Assembly (NCBI GenBank): GCA_977017645.1
Contig: OZ360230.1
Location: 93,744,001 to 93,808,000 of the forward strand
Length of the DNA: 64,000 nucleotides
Reading direction: 5' to 3'
Origin: Torpedo marmorata
Lineage: Eukaryota
Below the pieces are notes generated by a model. It saw only the letters and a program-made list of their open reading frames with translations. It was not told the DNA's origin and searched no databases. Made by a program: the position numbers and the translations under genes. Below, piece by piece: positions 62,381 through 64,000 of this stretch; the first letter of the stretch is position 1; every line of letters starts with the position of its first letter.

Positions 62381-63707
62381 TCAGAATCAGAATCAGAATT
62401 TATTGTCATGAACAAGTCATGAAATTTGTTGTTTTGCGGCAGCATCATAGTGCAAACATTCATATTGCAACCATCTTACGACATTACTAAAAATATATAT
62501 ATATAAATAATAGTGCACGAAAAGTAAGGCAGTGTCTTTGGTTCATTGATTATTCAGGAATCTGATGGCAGCGGGGAAGAAGCTGTCCTTGTGCCGTTGA
62601 GTTCTCGTCTTTAGGCTCCTGTACCTTTTTCCCAATGGTAGCAGAGTGAAAAGGGCATGGCCTGGGTGGTGGGGGTCTTTGAGGATCGAGGCTACTTTTT
62701 TAAGACACTGCCTCATGTAGATGTCCTCGATGGAGTGAAGTCTGGTGCCTGTGATGTCACAGGCCAAGTTAACAACCCTCTGGAGTTTATTCTTGTCCTG
62801 AGAATTGGCACCTCCATACCAGGCAGTGATGCAACCAGCCAGAATGCTCTCCACGGTACACCTGTAGCGGATTACGAGAGTCTTCGGTGACATACTGAAT
62901 CTCCTCAGACAACTCACAAAGTATAGCCGCTGGCGAGCCTTCTTTGTGATTGCATCAACATGGAGGCTCCAGGACAGATCCTTGGAGATGTTGACACCCA
63001 GGAATTTGAAGTTCTTGACCCTCCCCACTACTGAGCCCTTGATGAGGACTGGGTCATGTTCTCCTGACTTCCTCCTGAAGTCCACAATCATCTCCTTGGT
63101 TTTGCTGACGTTGAGTGCAAGGTTGTTGTCGTTACACCATTCAACGAGCTGATCTATCTCCCTCGTGTATGCTTCCTCATTGCCGTTTGTGATTCTGCCG
63201 ACAACTGTGGTGTCATCGGCAAATTTGTAGATGGCATTGGAATTGTGCCTGGCCACACAGTCATGGGTGTAGAGCAGTGGGCTAAGCACACATCCTAGGG
63301 GTGCGCCTGTGTTGATAATCAGTGAGGAGGAGACGTTGTTTCCAATTCGTACTGACTGTGGTCTTCTGATGAGAAAGTCAAGGATCCAGTTGCAGAGTGG
63401 GGTACAGAGGCCTAGAGTTTGTAGCTTCTTGACCAGCACTGAGGGAATAATGGTATTGAAGGCCGAGCTGTAGTCAATGAAGAGCAGCCGTATGTATGAA
63501 TTGCTGTTTCCGAGGTGATCCAGAGCTGAGTGGAGAACCAGTGATATTGCATTTGCTGTGGAGCGATTGTGACGCTAGGCGAATTGCAGTGGGTCCAGAT
63601 CTTTGCTTAGGTACGTGTTAATTCTGGCCATGACCAGCCTCTCAAAGCATTTCATCACAGTAGAAGTTAGTGCTACTGCGCGGTAGTCATTGAGGCAGCT
63701 CACACTA
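62381..63707 (-). mobile_element. Young 5'-truncated Rex1/Babar element with a near-intact RT C-terminal ORF
   Basis: 298-aa ORF 62543-63439; upstream [21 protein letters not shown] and LDPLQFA* (one stop); (ctgatt)n tail at 62381-62400. Confidence 0.95.
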
Positions 63708-63839
63708 CATTTTCTCTCTCATATTACCTCCTCCCCCTCCAACGGTCTCTCCCTCTTCTAGTCTCTCCATCTCTCCCACCTTCTGTCCAATACCCCATCA
63801 TCTCTTGGTCCATCCCCAAATTTGTCTCAACAAAAGGGT

Positions 63840-64000
63840 CCCTTTTTAGACAAAGTATTAAGAATTACACTCCCAGTGGATCCTATGATATTTTTGTTTA
63901 GAGATATTAAAAGAATTAGTATTAAAATGAGATTAAATATGTAACAAATAGAATTTTTGCAAATTGCTTTAGCTGTTTCAAAGAAATGTATTGCTATTAC
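63840..64000 (+). mobile_element. L1-clade ORF2 C-terminal fragment (runs off the window)
   Basis: DPMIFLF.DIK...RLNM*QIEFLQIALAVSKKCIAIT, homologous to 34600-34760. Confidence 0.8.

Overview
Repeat-rich eukaryotic (vertebrate) genomic DNA. The repeat set (HE1/V-SINE-type tRNA SINEs, HER1-like CR1 LINEs, Rex1/Babar, Penelope-like elements) suggests a cartilaginous fish; this is inference. The only host gene I can support is on the minus strand: three consecutive, phase-compatible coding exons of an ARHGEF4 (Asef)/SPATA13-family Rho-GEF long isoform. These are a 5,193-bp giant exon (27762-22570), a 330-bp exon (19394-19065) and a 136-bp exon (17458-17323). The SH3/DH/PH exons should lie left of position 1, and no first coding exon was identified. 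The rest is intron-like sequence full of transposable elements, often nested: CR1, Rex1/Babar, L1-clade copies with clear TSDs, Penelope-like fragments with hammerhead-like motifs, an internally deleted Gypsy element with a perfect tRNA-Trp PBS, solo LTRs, Tc2-, hAT- and Harbinger-like MITEs, V-SINEs and a 5S-rRNA-derived SINE. The most notable observation is that the 5S SINE and an unrelated ~800-bp GC-rich non-coding element share the same 3' stem-loop tail. Also notable are hammerhead-bearing palindromic mini-elements, a ~370-bp inverted duplication, LTRs carrying antisense consensus splice donors in the ARHGEF4 direction, and a degenerate ~40-aa repeat array in the giant exon. There is an assembly gap at 50158-50502. 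Family assignments come from recalled motifs, not database searches.
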